Assembly: GCF_000315625.1 (NCBI RefSeq)
Contig: NW_005434659.1
Coordinates: 590,181 to 654,180, forward strand
DNA length: 64,000 nucleotides
Direction: 5' to 3'
Source: Guillardia theta CCMP2712
Lineage: Eukaryota > Protista > Cryptophyta
Shown: one piece after another, positions 12,575 through 24,858 of the stretch
Layout: each line of letters starts with the position of its first letter
How positions within the stretch are numbered: position 1 is the stretch's first letter
Made by a program: the position numbers and the translations under genes
The notes under the pieces: generated by a model
Seen by the model: only the letters and a program-made list of their open reading frames with translations
The model's database searches: none
What the model was told of the DNA's origin: nothing

Positions 12575-15500
12575 ATGGCAATCAGTAACATGGGAGGAGG
12601 CGAAGGAGAGAAGAGTACATGGCACGGGGCAGGAGAGCTTTTGTATGCTGAACAAGACATCAACATGGAGGACTATCAGGAGACGCAGGTTTACAACGGC
12701 ACAACAGCAGAAAATCATTGCGATGAGAAGCGCGACTATCAAGTGCATGTGGAATCAGAACGTGTTAAGATTGGATGCGACATAGAGAGAGAGAAAGCGT
12801 CCTTCACTTCCATTCAGCTCTGTTCGCTCCCCTCTGAACCCCAGTCAAGTGAGGCCCGTGACCTGCTAGAGCTGCTTAGGACTGACTTGCCTTGATCTAG
12901 CACAAGCGGAGCAGCCCCTCTTCTGCTACAGCCCTATCGCTTCACAGAAACAAGAGGCACTCTCTGCCAGTAGTAGTGCGAGGACGGCTAACTTCACTGA
13001 CATTCCTGCTGAGATTCTTCATGTTCATATCCGACAAATTTGCCATGAAGGTACAGTAAAGCGTTCCCTTGGCAGGCTACTAAATTTGATGCAGCTCTTG
13101 ATAGCACGGAAACAACATCGCAAGGCACACAAGCAGCGAATGCAGCAGCTCCAATGCGACTTCATTTGATTCACGATGAAGAGTCTTCTGAGCAGATGAA
13201 AGAGCTTGTTCGAGGTACAGCCCCGCTCCTGAATTTGCTCCAAGACAGAAGGGCGCGAGACGAGGTTTTCGAGGAGTTTGAGCTTGCGAGTCAAGCTTCT
13301 TCCGATGTCAAATCTCAAGATTCAGTCATGGGTGTCAAGGTTTCGACTTTCACACGACCATCCTCTGTGGCTCTGAACAAGCTGACACCTGCGGCGGGGT
13401 TGTTTGCTGTCAAGAAATCTTTGTTCATGACCAAGGATAATCAACTCTCAGACAAGCATCAGGTAATTTTCTATGCTCTGATCCGCATGAGCTGAGCTGA
13501 TTCTGATGTAGCCTCCTGAAGACGTCAGTCAAGATCAGATGGTGAAGAACAAGCAGCAGAGCCTGACATCTGCAAGAGAAACCAGAGATAAGGAGCGTGC
13601 GATAAAAGAAGCATCACAGTTGCACTTGGAAGTCAATCATGCGGTAGAAGTGAAGTCAGACTTCACTGCTTGCGAGACAGCATCACAGACAGATCGAGTA
13701 GATCATATGGAAACAAAGGCTTCGCAAGCTTGCGGAGTCAGGGACAAGGAGCCTCAGAACGATGCGGATGATTCAGACACACAAGATGAGGACCCTGAGG
13801 CAAGCCCCTTAAATTCCCTTGATGTTGCGAAATCTTCTCACAGCATCTGCTGCAGGAAACGCGCAAGCTATCGAAATCCAATCCTTCTGCAAGATTACTC
13901 CATATGCCACCTGAACTCCCCGACAAACAAAAAGAAAATGTCGACAAGCAGACTGTCAGTGCCGCACGATGGCGACGTGAAGAGGTTGACGAGTATGGTA
14001 ACGAGCGCGATGCCCTCCAAGTCGTTCGAGTTGCGTCCAGTCGCATGGAAGTCGATGGTGGGACGACTGCGTCCCTTGCGTCCCCTGTGAGCGGGCGAGG
14101 CAGGTCAGTCGAAGCGGTTGAAATGATGGCGTGACTTGCTGAGTCAAACCCGGCTGCAGAGACTCGAAGAGAAAGTTTGGAGAAATTGAGGAGGAGAAGT
14201 CGGATGATGAAGGAGGACAGACGTCACGTGAGGAGTCGCCGGTGAGTTCGCTCGACCTCTGCAGTCCACTTCTTGACACGGTGTGTGAAGATTTTACTGA
14301 TTCCAAGAAGAAACGTTAGACGAGGAATGTTAGAGGAGGAGGAGAGCAGAGTCCGAGACAGTGAAAAGGAGGCAGAGACTCGCGATGTACATGATAAGGC
14401 ATCCGATGAGCAGGCAACGCGAACGAACGATTCAAACAAAGATGCAGATGATACGAAGCAGAAGAAGAGGAAGAAGGGCAACAAACTTCTCCCCGGCTGC
14501 TGCGTCAAGTGTGCCGTCAGTCGTTCGAGGGAGTGGCATGAGAGCGCTCTCGGGACGATCTGCGACGTCTGCTTTCTCTACCACGCGAACAATCGGCTCG
14601 TTCTTCCGAAAGAGTCTGGAGAGCACAATGAAGACGCTTGGGAAGGGGAAGACGTTCAACCGAGTGCCTCGTCCTGTGAGGCTAGTCAAGTCTACATGGC
14701 TGGGGGAGCAGCTGCCGCCCCTCCTGCAGGAGGAGCCTCCTTCCGCGTCAAGATGATCCCAGGCCTGTGTCGGCGTTGTGGCGCGAGGTGGTCGGAAGGT
14801 TGGTACGATAACTCGCACGGGGAGCCGCTCTCCCTGTGTTCTCCCTGCTCCTTCGAGCAGCGTCGAATCCAATCACCTCCTGCCTTGAAAAAACTGCAGA
14901 GACTAGGCGACGATGCCCCCCTCCTGTGCCGGGGGGACGCCGATCCTGCTCTTCCTCCTCCTCTGCCCCTCGCTGCTCCTCCACCTCTCTCTGCTCTCTC
15001 TCAGGCTGAACAGGACATCAACGCGTCATGCAGCCAAGTGTTTGGTCTCTCAGAATTTGATGAAGAGGGTGGAGAGGATGCGCGAGGTGATCTTGAGCAC
15101 CAGGCCTGCCAGGTGATTGACTAGCATGCTGCAGGCCGCGATGAACTAGTTGATGACCTGGCCTCGTCCTCCTCGCTCTTCTCAGGCGTGAACTTCATCA
15201 TCACTTCAATCCGAACCAACGATCCACACTTCGGAGGAAGCTGCGGACGCGAAGGACTTGTTGCCACCATAAATCGACATGGAGGGAAAGTGATGGAGAG
15301 AGTAGAAGAGTGCATGAACGAGCGAGAGGATGTGAAAGTAAGTTATCCGAGCAAACTGAGATCCCTTGCGACTGACTTCCTTCTCTTTTCTTCGTCGCTT
15401 CTCTCATGCAGGCTTTAATCTTGTCCTCGGTTCCTTGTCAGACCTTCAAGTACCTCGCAGGACTGGCTGCTGGCATACCTCCCGTGGGCACCCAATGGAT

Positions 15501-16702
15501 TGTCGATTGCGTGAGTTGGTGCCGGGAGGAGGAGTGAAGATGACGTCAGATGATGCAGGTGACAGAGAAGCAACTGCTCGCTCCTCACTCGTACATGCTT
15601 GACGCCGGCTTTGACCCCAAGAGCCGCAAGAGATACTCGTTCACCAAGTCAGGAAACGATTTCTCTCCGACTCCTCAACTCGCGCGCTGCTTAAGCTCCG
15701 TGCGCGTCAGCGTTTTCGGCCCCGCGGCATTTCGATCTGAGATGGAGGGAATCTTGCGCATGGCCGGTGCCATCCCCTCCGCCTTCGACTCCTCCGTCTA
15801 CTGTATTCTCAGCAGCCACCACGAGGCTCCTCCAGCAGCGGTGAGAGCAGCTGGGCGCGAGCTGAGCCTGATGGCCCCGCAGGTTGTGTTGGAGGCTCAG
15901 CAGCACAAGATTCACATCGTAGACAAGGAATGGTTACGCCAGTGCGTGTGGGAGCAGACACGCGTGGAGCCCTCTCGTTTCGCCATTCCCTTGCTCACCC
16001 ATGGCGTCAAAGTCCAGCTGCTCGCAGGAGACAGGTTTGCGTTGAGAGGTGAGCATGTGCTGGAGTGCTGCTGCTGTTGACAGATGGTCGCCAGTGGACG
16101 AGGACGAGAAAGTGGTCGCGAGCTGCGACGGGTCGAAGTTCCAAGACGAGAAGAGCTGGTTCACCTTAGAGCAGCGACCGCAAGATCAAGAGCGCATGAC
16201 AAGGCGCTTCGCCTTTCGAACGTCCAGGTGAGATACAGCTGGGAGTTCCGTACAGCTGAAATTGAATCCAGTGGTCGCTTTCTGTCGCTCCTCCCCGACG
16301 GCTTTTTAGGCCTGCATGACGTGGCGACGCATTGGGAGCATTTCACGCTGCGGGCTGCGAAGGACAAGGTAGACGAGCGTGAGGAGAGCCAAGGAGCTCG
16401 TGCTGACTCTCCTGGCAGTACAAGTTGCGGTCCTGCCATGGCTCCTTCGTCACCTGCAGGCCCTTGGGCTCAGGGCAAGACGCAACGGTTGGCGGAGAAG
16501 CCGAAGGAGTCGCAGGTCTGCAGGACTTCAACATCAGGTTTGTTCCTAGGCAGGCTGTCTCAAACGCATCTTAGTGTCATAAAGCGTCTTAACAAGTCAA
16601 ACGCATCTTAGTGTCATAAAGCGTCTTAACAAGTCAAACGCATCTTAGTGTCATAAAGCGTCTTAACCAAGTCAGATTGCAGCCCTGCGACTGAAAGCTT
16701 GA
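12575..16702 (+). CDS. 53BP1/Crb2/Rad9-like tandem BRCT protein with two C4 (GATA-like) zinc fingers
   Basis: Spliced BRCT1 GVNFIITS..HGGKV..ALILSSVPCQTFKYLAGLAAGIPPVGTQWIVDC-VTEKQLL..SYMLDAG and BRCT2 ..ILRMAGA..IHIVDKEWLRQCV. Zinc fingers CVKC..W..ICDVC and CRRC..W..LCSPC. Acidic N-terminus with SQ/TQ dipeptides. Linkage of the 5' exons is inferred. Confidence 0.75.
16561..16671 (+). repeat. Tandem repeat, 37-bp unit x3 (CAAACGCATCTTAGTGTCATAAAGCGTCTTAACAAGT)
   Basis: Copies start at 16561, 16598 and 16635; lies in the probable last intron of the BRCT gene. Confidence 0.95.
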
Positions 16703-16707
16703 CGGTA

Positions 16708-16760
16708 CTGATCAGGGTGCTGATCAGGGTGCTGATACAGGTGCTGATCTGGGTGCTGAT
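16708..16760 (+). repeat. 12-bp tandem repeat (CTGATCAGGGTG-like) x ~4.5
   Basis: Directly visible just after the BRCT gene stop. Confidence 0.85.
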
Positions 16761-16898
16761 AGTCGGACAGTAGCAAGTGACTGAGGGGGGATGCGGGCCC
16801 TTGCAATCCATGCGCCCGCGCCAAGATGAGCGCGGGATCTCGATCTGCTGAAGCAGGAGGACATGGGAGGATGGCGAGAGGGGAAGCAGGCGGCATGG

Positions 16899-18076
16899 AT
16901 GAGATCCCTCCTCCTCCTCCTCCTCGTAGCTCACACGCTTAGTCGCTTGCAGGGGTTCCCTGCTGGATGTGAGCATGGCACCGATCAAGAGCGGGAAGCC
17001 GGAGGGATCTCATGCTGCTGTCTCAAGAGAGCCTGTCGACCTCTCACTCGAGAGGACATGTCGACGCTACATGCAAACTCTTCAACCTCCTTCCTATCGC
17101 CCGGGCCCTGCAGCATTTGCGGGGCCTCTCCCATGCACAGGTGTGCTGTGTGTGGGACTAGCGTGATCTCGAGCGGGGCCGTGTCACAGGACACGGAAGC
17201 GAGATGGCTGGCGTTCTTCTGCCTGGGTTGCAGCAGAAGCTTGGAGGGAGGGAACATGAGCATCGTAACGATGAGGAAGAATCTCAAGGTTTGATCCTGC
17301 TTGGATCCCCCTGCTCGCAGATTTTTTGATCGCTCCCCAGGGAAGATGGTGCTTGCGATGCAAGCGGATGGCGATCTTCGGGCCTCCACGGACACCTCTG
17401 AAGTGAGAGAGGAGGGAGGAGAGGAGGAGCATCGTGAGTCTCAGCCCTCAGGAATGCCTCTCACTGCATCAAGCACAAGTCTTCCACAGACGTTGACTTG
17501 CTGCACCCGCGGTGTGAATATCCGCATGGGTACGAGGCAGCACCACCTGATTCACGATGCTTCATGATGCTGCTGTGTCTACTGCAGATGCAACACAAGA
17601 CCTTGTTATGCCCCGGTTCAAGACTCTAAGCCAAGATTCTGTGAGAGCTCGCATGCGCATCTTCAACTGACTAGCAAGAAGGCGCCAAGCACAAGCTGCC
17701 AGGTCACGTAGATAAAGTTCATGCGCAATGCGAGGTGAGAGCAGGCTCTTCCCCTTCTCGTCGCTGCCTTGCTTGACTTGTTTGTGTCCCTTCCTCTCTT
17801 CCCGGCTGTCTCTCGCCCTTGCCTCGGGTCCTCCAGGTTCAAGGATGCTCTGCCCTCGCCATCTACGGCAGCAAGGTGCTTGAGCGTCTTCCTCGCACGG
17901 CTGACTGGCAGCAGGAGAGAGGCAGGAGGGCGATCTACTGCGCGATACACAAGTCAAGCGATCAGGTCAACAAGTTTTATCGCCGCAGTCAAGCCAAGGA
18001 AAGAAAGAGTGTCCTCTTGAAAGGACGAGACAAGTGTCAGAGTGATAAACTTGTGGTGGATCATGAATGCCAGTAA
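16899..18076 (+). CDS. Signal-peptide protein with EsV-1-7-like cysteine-rich repeats
   Basis: Leader MRSLLLLLLVAHTLS. Repeats CNTRPCYAP..KPRFC and GCSALAIYG..RRAIYCAIHKSSDQVN match the C..xC.K.P.YG....xYC..HK...MVN pattern. Exon structure approximate. Confidence 0.55.
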
Positions 18077-18251
18077 ACACAACACAACATCCTTTCTTCG
18101 TTCTTACCCGTAAACACAACATCCTTCGTTTCCTGTAAAGGATCCTTTATTTGACTGAAAAGGAGGACGAGGATAAAACCTACAAACCCGCCTCAATGAA
18201 AACCTGATTTGACCTCCATGGGGTGATGACCTTTTTTTTTTGTGATGACGT

Positions 18252-18520
18252 GAAGCTTGCTTGTAGCCTAGGATGAGAAGTATGATACTGAAGCTTGCTT
18301 GTAGCCTAGATGAGAAGTATGATACTGAAGCTTGCTTGTAGCCTTGTTAGATGAGAAGTATGATACTGAAGCTTGCTTGTAGAGCCTTGCTAGATGAGAA
18401 GTATGATACTGAAGCTTGCTTGTAGCCTTGCTAGATGACAAGTATGATACTGAAGCTTGCTTGTAGCCTTGCTAGATGACAAGTATGATACTGAAGCTTG
18501 CTTGTAGCCTAGATGAGAAG
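18252..18520 (+). repeat. Tandem minisatellite, 36-43-bp unit x7 (TGAAGCTTGCTTGTAGCC[TTGC]TAGATGAGAAGTATGATAC)
   Basis: Seven copies, with small indels confined to one position of the unit. Confidence 0.95.
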
Positions 18521-18557
18521 TTTGGTGTTTCAGCTTGTGTTTCTACTTTTTCGTTTC

Positions 18558-19945
18558 ATGTCCGACGCTATCGAATTGGAGGTGAGAAAGCTTCAGAGCG
18601 AGTGGACAATTTTTATATCTTCTCAACCTCGTCTCAGTGCGGAAAGGACCACGCATGCGGAATGCTTCCTGACTTCCGCGAGCCTTCAGGTGTTCTTGTT
18701 TTGCTTTCGATCATCTGTCAGCTGCCTTTCAGTCGCCAAATATTTCAAATGCGGAGCTTGCATTCTGTCTGTCGCTGAACTTTCCAACCTGGTCATCAAG
18801 CGACAAAATGAAGGAAAGAAGGCTACTAAAGTACTGTTCTCCTCAGTTTGCTGTTCTTACCATCACCACCACCAAACTCTCTGTCGGGGTCTGACGAACA
18901 CAGAGCGAGCTTGTCATCATGTTAGAAGACTTCTGCGAAGAGGGGATGGCTCGCTTTGGCTTGCAGGTAGAGGAGCAGGAGTCCATCTGACGTCGCTCAC
19001 CCACCACCAGCTCGACGAGGGTGGAGTTCCCCTGCCTCACTTCACTTCCAACGTCTCGACGAACCGAGCGACAGGCGGGTGGGTGAAGCGAATGCTCGTG
19101 AGCATGTGCAGTGAGGTGCTGGAGGACTGGGAGAGCTTCTTCCTGGAGGCGACGAGACACTTGTGCTCTTCCAGCGGCAACGTGATGCGATGCGACTCTA
19201 ACTCATTTAGGAGAAGGTGCGACCGGAAGTACATGCCAGCCTTTGCTTACTCATGGCAAATCCAGAGTTTGTGCTGAGAGCCTCCAGTTGTGTCGAGAAG
19301 AAGATTTTGAGAAGCAGGAGGATGGAGATGGGTCAGTTCAAGAAGGAGAAGGAGAAGAAGAAGAAGGAGAAGACAAAGAGGTATCGGCAATAACAACTGT
19401 AAGAGCTCTTCATCTTATCAACAGGATGATATCAGCACATTCCTGCTCCCGGGATTGAATGAAAATGAATTTGACTCAAAGCGTATGGAAAGGCAAGTCC
19501 GCAATATAGACATGTTTTGATGTTCACACTTGGCCACAGAGTTGATGGGCATGGCATACACACAGAACCTCAAAATGCGGGGGATCAAATACAAAATTTG
19601 TCATCCAGCCCTCCTCATGAAACATACAGCGTGAAGGTCACGTTTGGAAAGGAAATGAGAAGATATGTTGTGAAGACGTACGAAGAACTGCTTGAGGCAA
19701 TGCAGAAGGTAACTAATCATGGTAGGAGTCAGGGCATGATTGATTTGACAGTCGTTTCCATCCATGAATGCGAAGGGTACGAGAATGTCCTTCAGGTGCG
19801 CAATGGTGGAGGAGGTTTGTGATGACTGTCTGTCTTTAGGGATGGCGATGGGGATGATGTCACTGTCACTAAGAGCCATGAGTTTGAGCATGCAATCCTT
19901 TACATGCAGGCGAACAACTTGCCGCTGAAATTTCAAGTCGAATAG
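18558..19945 (+). CDS. PB1-domain protein
   Basis: C-terminal YSVKVTFGKEMRRY..YEELLEAM..MSFR-DGDGDDVTVTKSHEFEHAI..LKFQVE* has both the basic K and the OPCA acidic motif. N-terminal exons uncertain. Confidence 0.65.
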
Positions 19946-20049
19946 ACAATCATGCTGCTCCTCCCTTTCTCAGGCTCGTCTACTTAACCCCCCCACTCTT
20001 CAGCTCCCACAAGAGCTTAACTCCCTTTCTATCAGCTTCCCTTCACTGC

Positions 20050-21100
20050 GCTTACATGTGGTCAGTTTCATCCCCCATGGTCCTCAATTCGGGTAGCGGG
20101 GCTTGGGAGGCAGTACAGGAGCCCTCAGGTCCTCTCCCTGCTTGGACGTCAACTTCTCACTCTCTGGCAACGTCACGCTCACTGTGATGGGGTTGTAGCC
20201 GCTCCCTGAGTTCTGTCGATGCAACTTTTCGGTGCGGACGCCAGCTCGGAACCTGGTGAGGTCATCCTCGTACTTCTGCTTCTGTCCTGCTGGGGTCTCG
20301 TGGTACTCGAGAGTTATAGGGTCATAGGCGATCGAGCTGTGGTTCTGCGATCCCTGCCTCTATTCCGTCACGCCACGTCATTCGATCTCACTGTCCGTCA
20401 CCTTGGCGCCATTGGCCATGCTCGCTTGCCTCTCAAGCTTCTCGTTGAACTCCTGCAGTGCCTCCATCAGCCCTTACGCAAGCGAGCTTGCAGCATTGAC
20501 CTCGTCCGCTCGTTTCCAACGGTTTTCCTCCCGTGTCAAGTTTCTCTCTCTCTTCACGCTGAGAAGCTCTTCTCTCGCCTGAACTACTGCATCGCGGTTC
20601 TTCTTCAGCTCAGCAGCTGCGTCTGTCTGAAACCGCTCGGCTCTTGAAGCCTGAAACAAGCTCGGGTGACCATCACACAACGTGACACTGCAGCCAGGGA
20701 GGGCAGTGAACTTACATATCCGAGGCTTCCAGGAGTGTTCTCAGTCAGCGGTCCGGGATCATGATACCTGCAAGTCAAGGATGGGTGAGTGAGGGGTTGA
20801 CCGAGCAGGCCTATTGCGTCGAACCTGCCAAAGGCCTCTCGTCTGCCCTTGAGCCTTTCTTTCTCTAGCGCTGATGACACGGGCTGAGTCACAGACAGGT
20901 CGCAAGCAGGCTGCATGGGAGCTTGTACAGAGCTGCCTCACCTTCCTTGTCTCCCCGGCACTGCCTGTCCCCTCGCGTCTCCGCATGGATCGCACGAAAC
21001 CCCGACATGTCGCTTGCTGTGACAAATTCCTTTCAACGGAAATCAACAGAAACGAGCTAGTCAAGTTTCCATGAAAAAGTAATAAGCTAAAGCATTTCAT
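20050..21100 (-). CDS. Hypothetical protein with hydrophobic leader and coiled-coil segment
   Basis: MKCFSLLLFHG|intron; exons with coding-like content (AAAELKKNRDAVVQAREELL). No family recognised. Confidence 0.4.
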
Positions 21101-21902
21101 TTCATATCCCAGGGTGGGTTAGGGTAGTGATGGGCGGGGTACCATGGGGGTATTGCATAGTCAGACTTAGAGCATGCTAGGTGAACACCTTAGGCTTTTT
21201 TCATATGTCTGTTCATAGTACTTCTCCCCTCATGTACGGTTTATTATGTGCTACTTCCTCTCTAAAAAGGGGGAGTACCAAGAAGTGGGGTACTCAAGAA
21301 CCACCCGTTCATGGTAAGGCTGAGGGGTGGGTGCGTGAGAGATTCACGTGACTGTGATGCAGAGCAAGGAAGTGGAGGGGGGAGGGAAGGCAGGACGCGA
21401 GAGGAAGAGACGATGAGGTGAAGGACTGCAAAGAAAGACTTTGAATTCAACATACCCATTCGTAAGAAATGGTAAAACGACGATGATTCCAGGAAAAAGT
21501 CCACGAGAGGATTTAAGGTAGTCACTGAGTGAATCAACGAAACTTGGTGTCTTTGTAGACGGTAAATGCAACCTAAAGTAACTCCGAAAATGTAATCTAT
21601 GATTTGGGTTTCGACAAGATGATAGAAGGAACTTTACCGAACACGTTAGAGAAAGAGAAGATGTTGTATTACACATTCTTCAAGAGAGGTAGCCAAGTAG
21701 AGGTGTCAACGAAGAGATAATCCTGATATGATTGCTATTGTTCGGACTCAGACAAGCAAGAAGTAGAAGCTTCTGATACATCACAAATAATGATGAATTT
21801 GCTACGTTAAGGGAAACGCAAAAGCTGTGAATGCTGGTTCTCTGGGGCCTATACTTTTCCTATCCCATCAAAGCAAGATTCTGATTCCTTGCTTTCTACA
21901 GG

Positions 21903-22373
21903 ATGTCTTCCGATGATGATTATGATGCGGCTGACTCCGGGGCGGCTGACTGCACCCCCATCGAAGCCGGAGCTGCTCGCAAGGGAGGCTTCCTTGTGAT
22001 CAAGGGACAGCCCTGCAAGATCGTCGACGTGTCCAAGGCTAAGGTTGGAAAGCACGGAGCAGCCAAGTGTCACTTCGTCGGCATCGACATCTTCACTTCG
22101 AAGAAGTACGAAGCTATCTGCCCTGCCTCTGCCCAGCTGTCCGAGCCCATCGTCACCCGTGCTGAGTACCAGCTTTGCGACATTAGCGAGGACGGGTTCT
22201 TGAGTCTCATGACCAAGGATGGCGATATGCGCGACGACTTGAAGCTTCCTGAGGATGAGACCATCTCCAAGAAGCTCCAGGAGCGCTTCGACGCGGGAAC
22301 CGACACTCTTGTAACTGTCCTCATTGCCATGGGCAAGGAGCAGGTTATTGATATGAAGGACATGGCCAACTAG
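21903..22373 (+). CDS. eIF5A: Eukaryotic translation initiation factor 5A (divergent hypusine loop)
   Basis: RKGGFLVIKGQPCKIVDVSKAKVGKHGAAKCHFVGIDIFT; YQLCDISEDGFLSLM..MRDDLKLPE; VTVLIAMGKEQVI. Intact ORF. Confidence 0.95.
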   Translation: MSSDDDYDAADSGAADCTPIEAGAARKGGFLVIKGQPCKIVDVSKAKVGKHGAAKCHFVGIDIFTSKKYEAICPASAQLSEPIVTRAEYQLCDISEDGFLSLMTKDGDMRDDLKLPEDETISKKLQERFDAGTDTLVTVLIAMGKEQVIDMKDMAN

Positions 22374-22958
22374 AGTGAGAATGTGATGATTGCTTGTGCG
22401 AGATTTCATCAGTGGTTCGTCGAGCCATTCTTTGTTAGGCCAGAATTTTGTTCCCATCGTGTTCCTGATATTGAATGAATGGTATTGTGAGATTTTTGCC
22501 AATACTCCAGTCAAAGTGACTTGTATCCTGGCGATAGAAAGCACAAACGCTCTCACTCTCTACCACTCGCTCACACTCCTCCTCCACCAGTTTCATCCCC
22601 CCCCTCCCCTGCCTCTCCTTTGTCCTCTTCTTCCTCCTCCTCCAGAAGCCTCCCTCGTCCTCTCAACGTCGGCGAAGTTGCCATGATCCTTGTATCGTAT
22701 CTCGTGGACGGTCCCCACTACCCCTCTGTCCTTGATTCCAATGTGGTGCTGCAAGGAGGGGTGGTCAGCTCAGCTTTGGGGAGGCAGCTGCATGGCTAGG
22801 GGACCGAGAGGCAGGGAGAGGGGAACATGGAGGGAGAAAGGCGAGAGCGACGTAGCGGGAGGAGCAAGTAGATGAAGCAGGTTGATCTGGTCACAGGCTC
22901 TACCGCTCCTCCTCCTCTTGCTCTCATTTGAGGTGCTTGAAACCTCGAAGGCGCGGAC

Positions 22959-24414
22959 ATGCCAATGAACAACCGGGTTCATCCCGTCCGTCTCAGCCAA
23001 GATCGATCTCGTGTTTCTCCTGCTCGCTACCTTGTGCAGCGCTGGCACATTCGCTATCATTCTGTCGTGCTGGCTGTCACCCTCAGTTGCTCATTTCTCT
23101 ACATCGCTGCTCTCCTATCCTCCCCGACCTCAACCCATGACTCTACCTCTTGGAAGCTGCTCCTGGGATACGTGATCTTGTCGCTGCTGGATGCGTTTTA
23201 CAGATTCATTCACATCGTTCGGCTCCAGGCATTTCTGACCAGGTGATGTCAGGGTCCGCATGTGAACTTGCCGGATGACACCAATACACAGATACGGCGA
23301 GGGGGAGACCAACGAACTGCCGCATCCGCGGCTGAGGATCTTTGACATCCTCTCTCATGCTTCTTCAGGCACCTTCGTCTTATCCTGCTGGATCACACAC
23401 CTGGCGTTTCCTTTCCAGAGTTGCCCAGATGCTGACTACAAGGTATGAGGGCTTCACTTGGTCAATAGCGACTGACATGGATCGAATCGCAGCTCATCTG
23501 TAACGCATTGCATGTAATTTCGCTCATCTTCCTGATATGGGTCTCTATGGCCATTGGCACTGTGATCGCTGGCATGTTAGTAGCTCTTCTCCTCTCGCTG
23601 CCCCCGCGCTCACTTCGAGTAAAAGGTTTTACTGCTTCCATCGCATCCTTTACACGGAGAGGTCAAGATGGATGCGGGAAGAGCAGATACCGAATCAGCA
23701 GGTTCCGCCTTGTGATGCAGACTCTTCTGCATCTCAGATGTTGGCAGGTGTTGGCAGGTGGAGAACTCTGGAGGATTGCGTTTGTACATGGGGCGAGGAC
23801 GCAGTACGAGGAGAGCATGGCACGGCGGCGAGAGTTGATTGCATCTCTGCCGGAGAGCTTTGGTAGGCACTGTGCTCACATCCAGACAATAATGTAATGT
23901 TCATGCAGAGCCGCCGATTGACGGAGATGTTTGTGGAGTCTGCTTGGACGATGCGAACACAGACCTAACATGGTGATCTCAATGCAATGCTTGCTATAGT
24001 ACTAACCTCCTGTCTTGTTCAGGCGCATTCTTCCTTGCGGTCATCGATTTCACTCGCAGTGCGTTGACCCCTGGCTGCTGCGGCCGGAAGGAGCATGCCC
24101 CAGCTGGTGAGAGCCCGTTGACTGCCTTTCCTAGACTGTGACTTCCATCCTGTAGTCGGAAAGACCCAGCAGCGGCCATAAATTCATCGGTCCCCCCGGA
24201 TGGCCGTCAAGAAGTTGACACATTACCTAGCTCACAGACATCGCTCGCAGTGGCAGCTGAAGGTCCGTTGCCGCCAGATGCTGCCGCTTCCGCTCCTGCT
24301 TCTTCGGAGATACAGGCAGTGACAGAACCAGCTGAGCTGCCGAGGGATCAAAATGATAGTGGGAACCGAGTCACGGCCGGACTAGCCGACACTGAAAGGG
24401 AATCGTCAGCTTGA
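22959..24414 (+). CDS. Transmembrane RING-H2 E3 ubiquitin ligase
   Basis: Several TM exons, then spliced [37 protein letters not shown]. Confidence 0.85.
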
Positions 24415-24858
24415 TCACCTTCCGCCACTCAATTCCCGGGCGGCCCGGCCGCGGCGCACTGAGCCGCGAGTGACTGGGCCGGGCCGCCGCCGTAGTCCAG
24501 TAGCCCTTGACGCTGGCCGCTGAGGGCCCGGGGTTCTACTAGGCAGGTGGTGTAGCGCCGGTGTATTTCTAGAATCTATTCAACGGTTAGTAAGTAAGAG
24601 CATCTTCATATTGTCTTGTAAATATGGTGCTATGATATCACACTTGAATTAGATGACAGCCTCGAAGACACTGGAAAGTTAAGGTATGTAGGAACTGATC
24701 GATTTCTAGATCTCATGTCAGATGGTTCTGCGTCTTTGAACAAACAAGTTTCGCTGCTGACTGGTGTCGTGCTACAACGTCCACTCTGGTGAATGTTGAT
24801 CTCATGCTGCGAAACTTGGGCGTGCTGAGAGTCAAGAATCCGCTTCTAAAGAACAATC

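Noticed and set aside
12129-12748. ORFs with EGAR/RERG repeats
   Set aside because: Translations of the (CTCCCTCG)n microsatellite.
21849-22556. 235-aa antisense ORF over eIF5A
   Set aside because: Shadow ORF arising from codon bias; no recognisable features.
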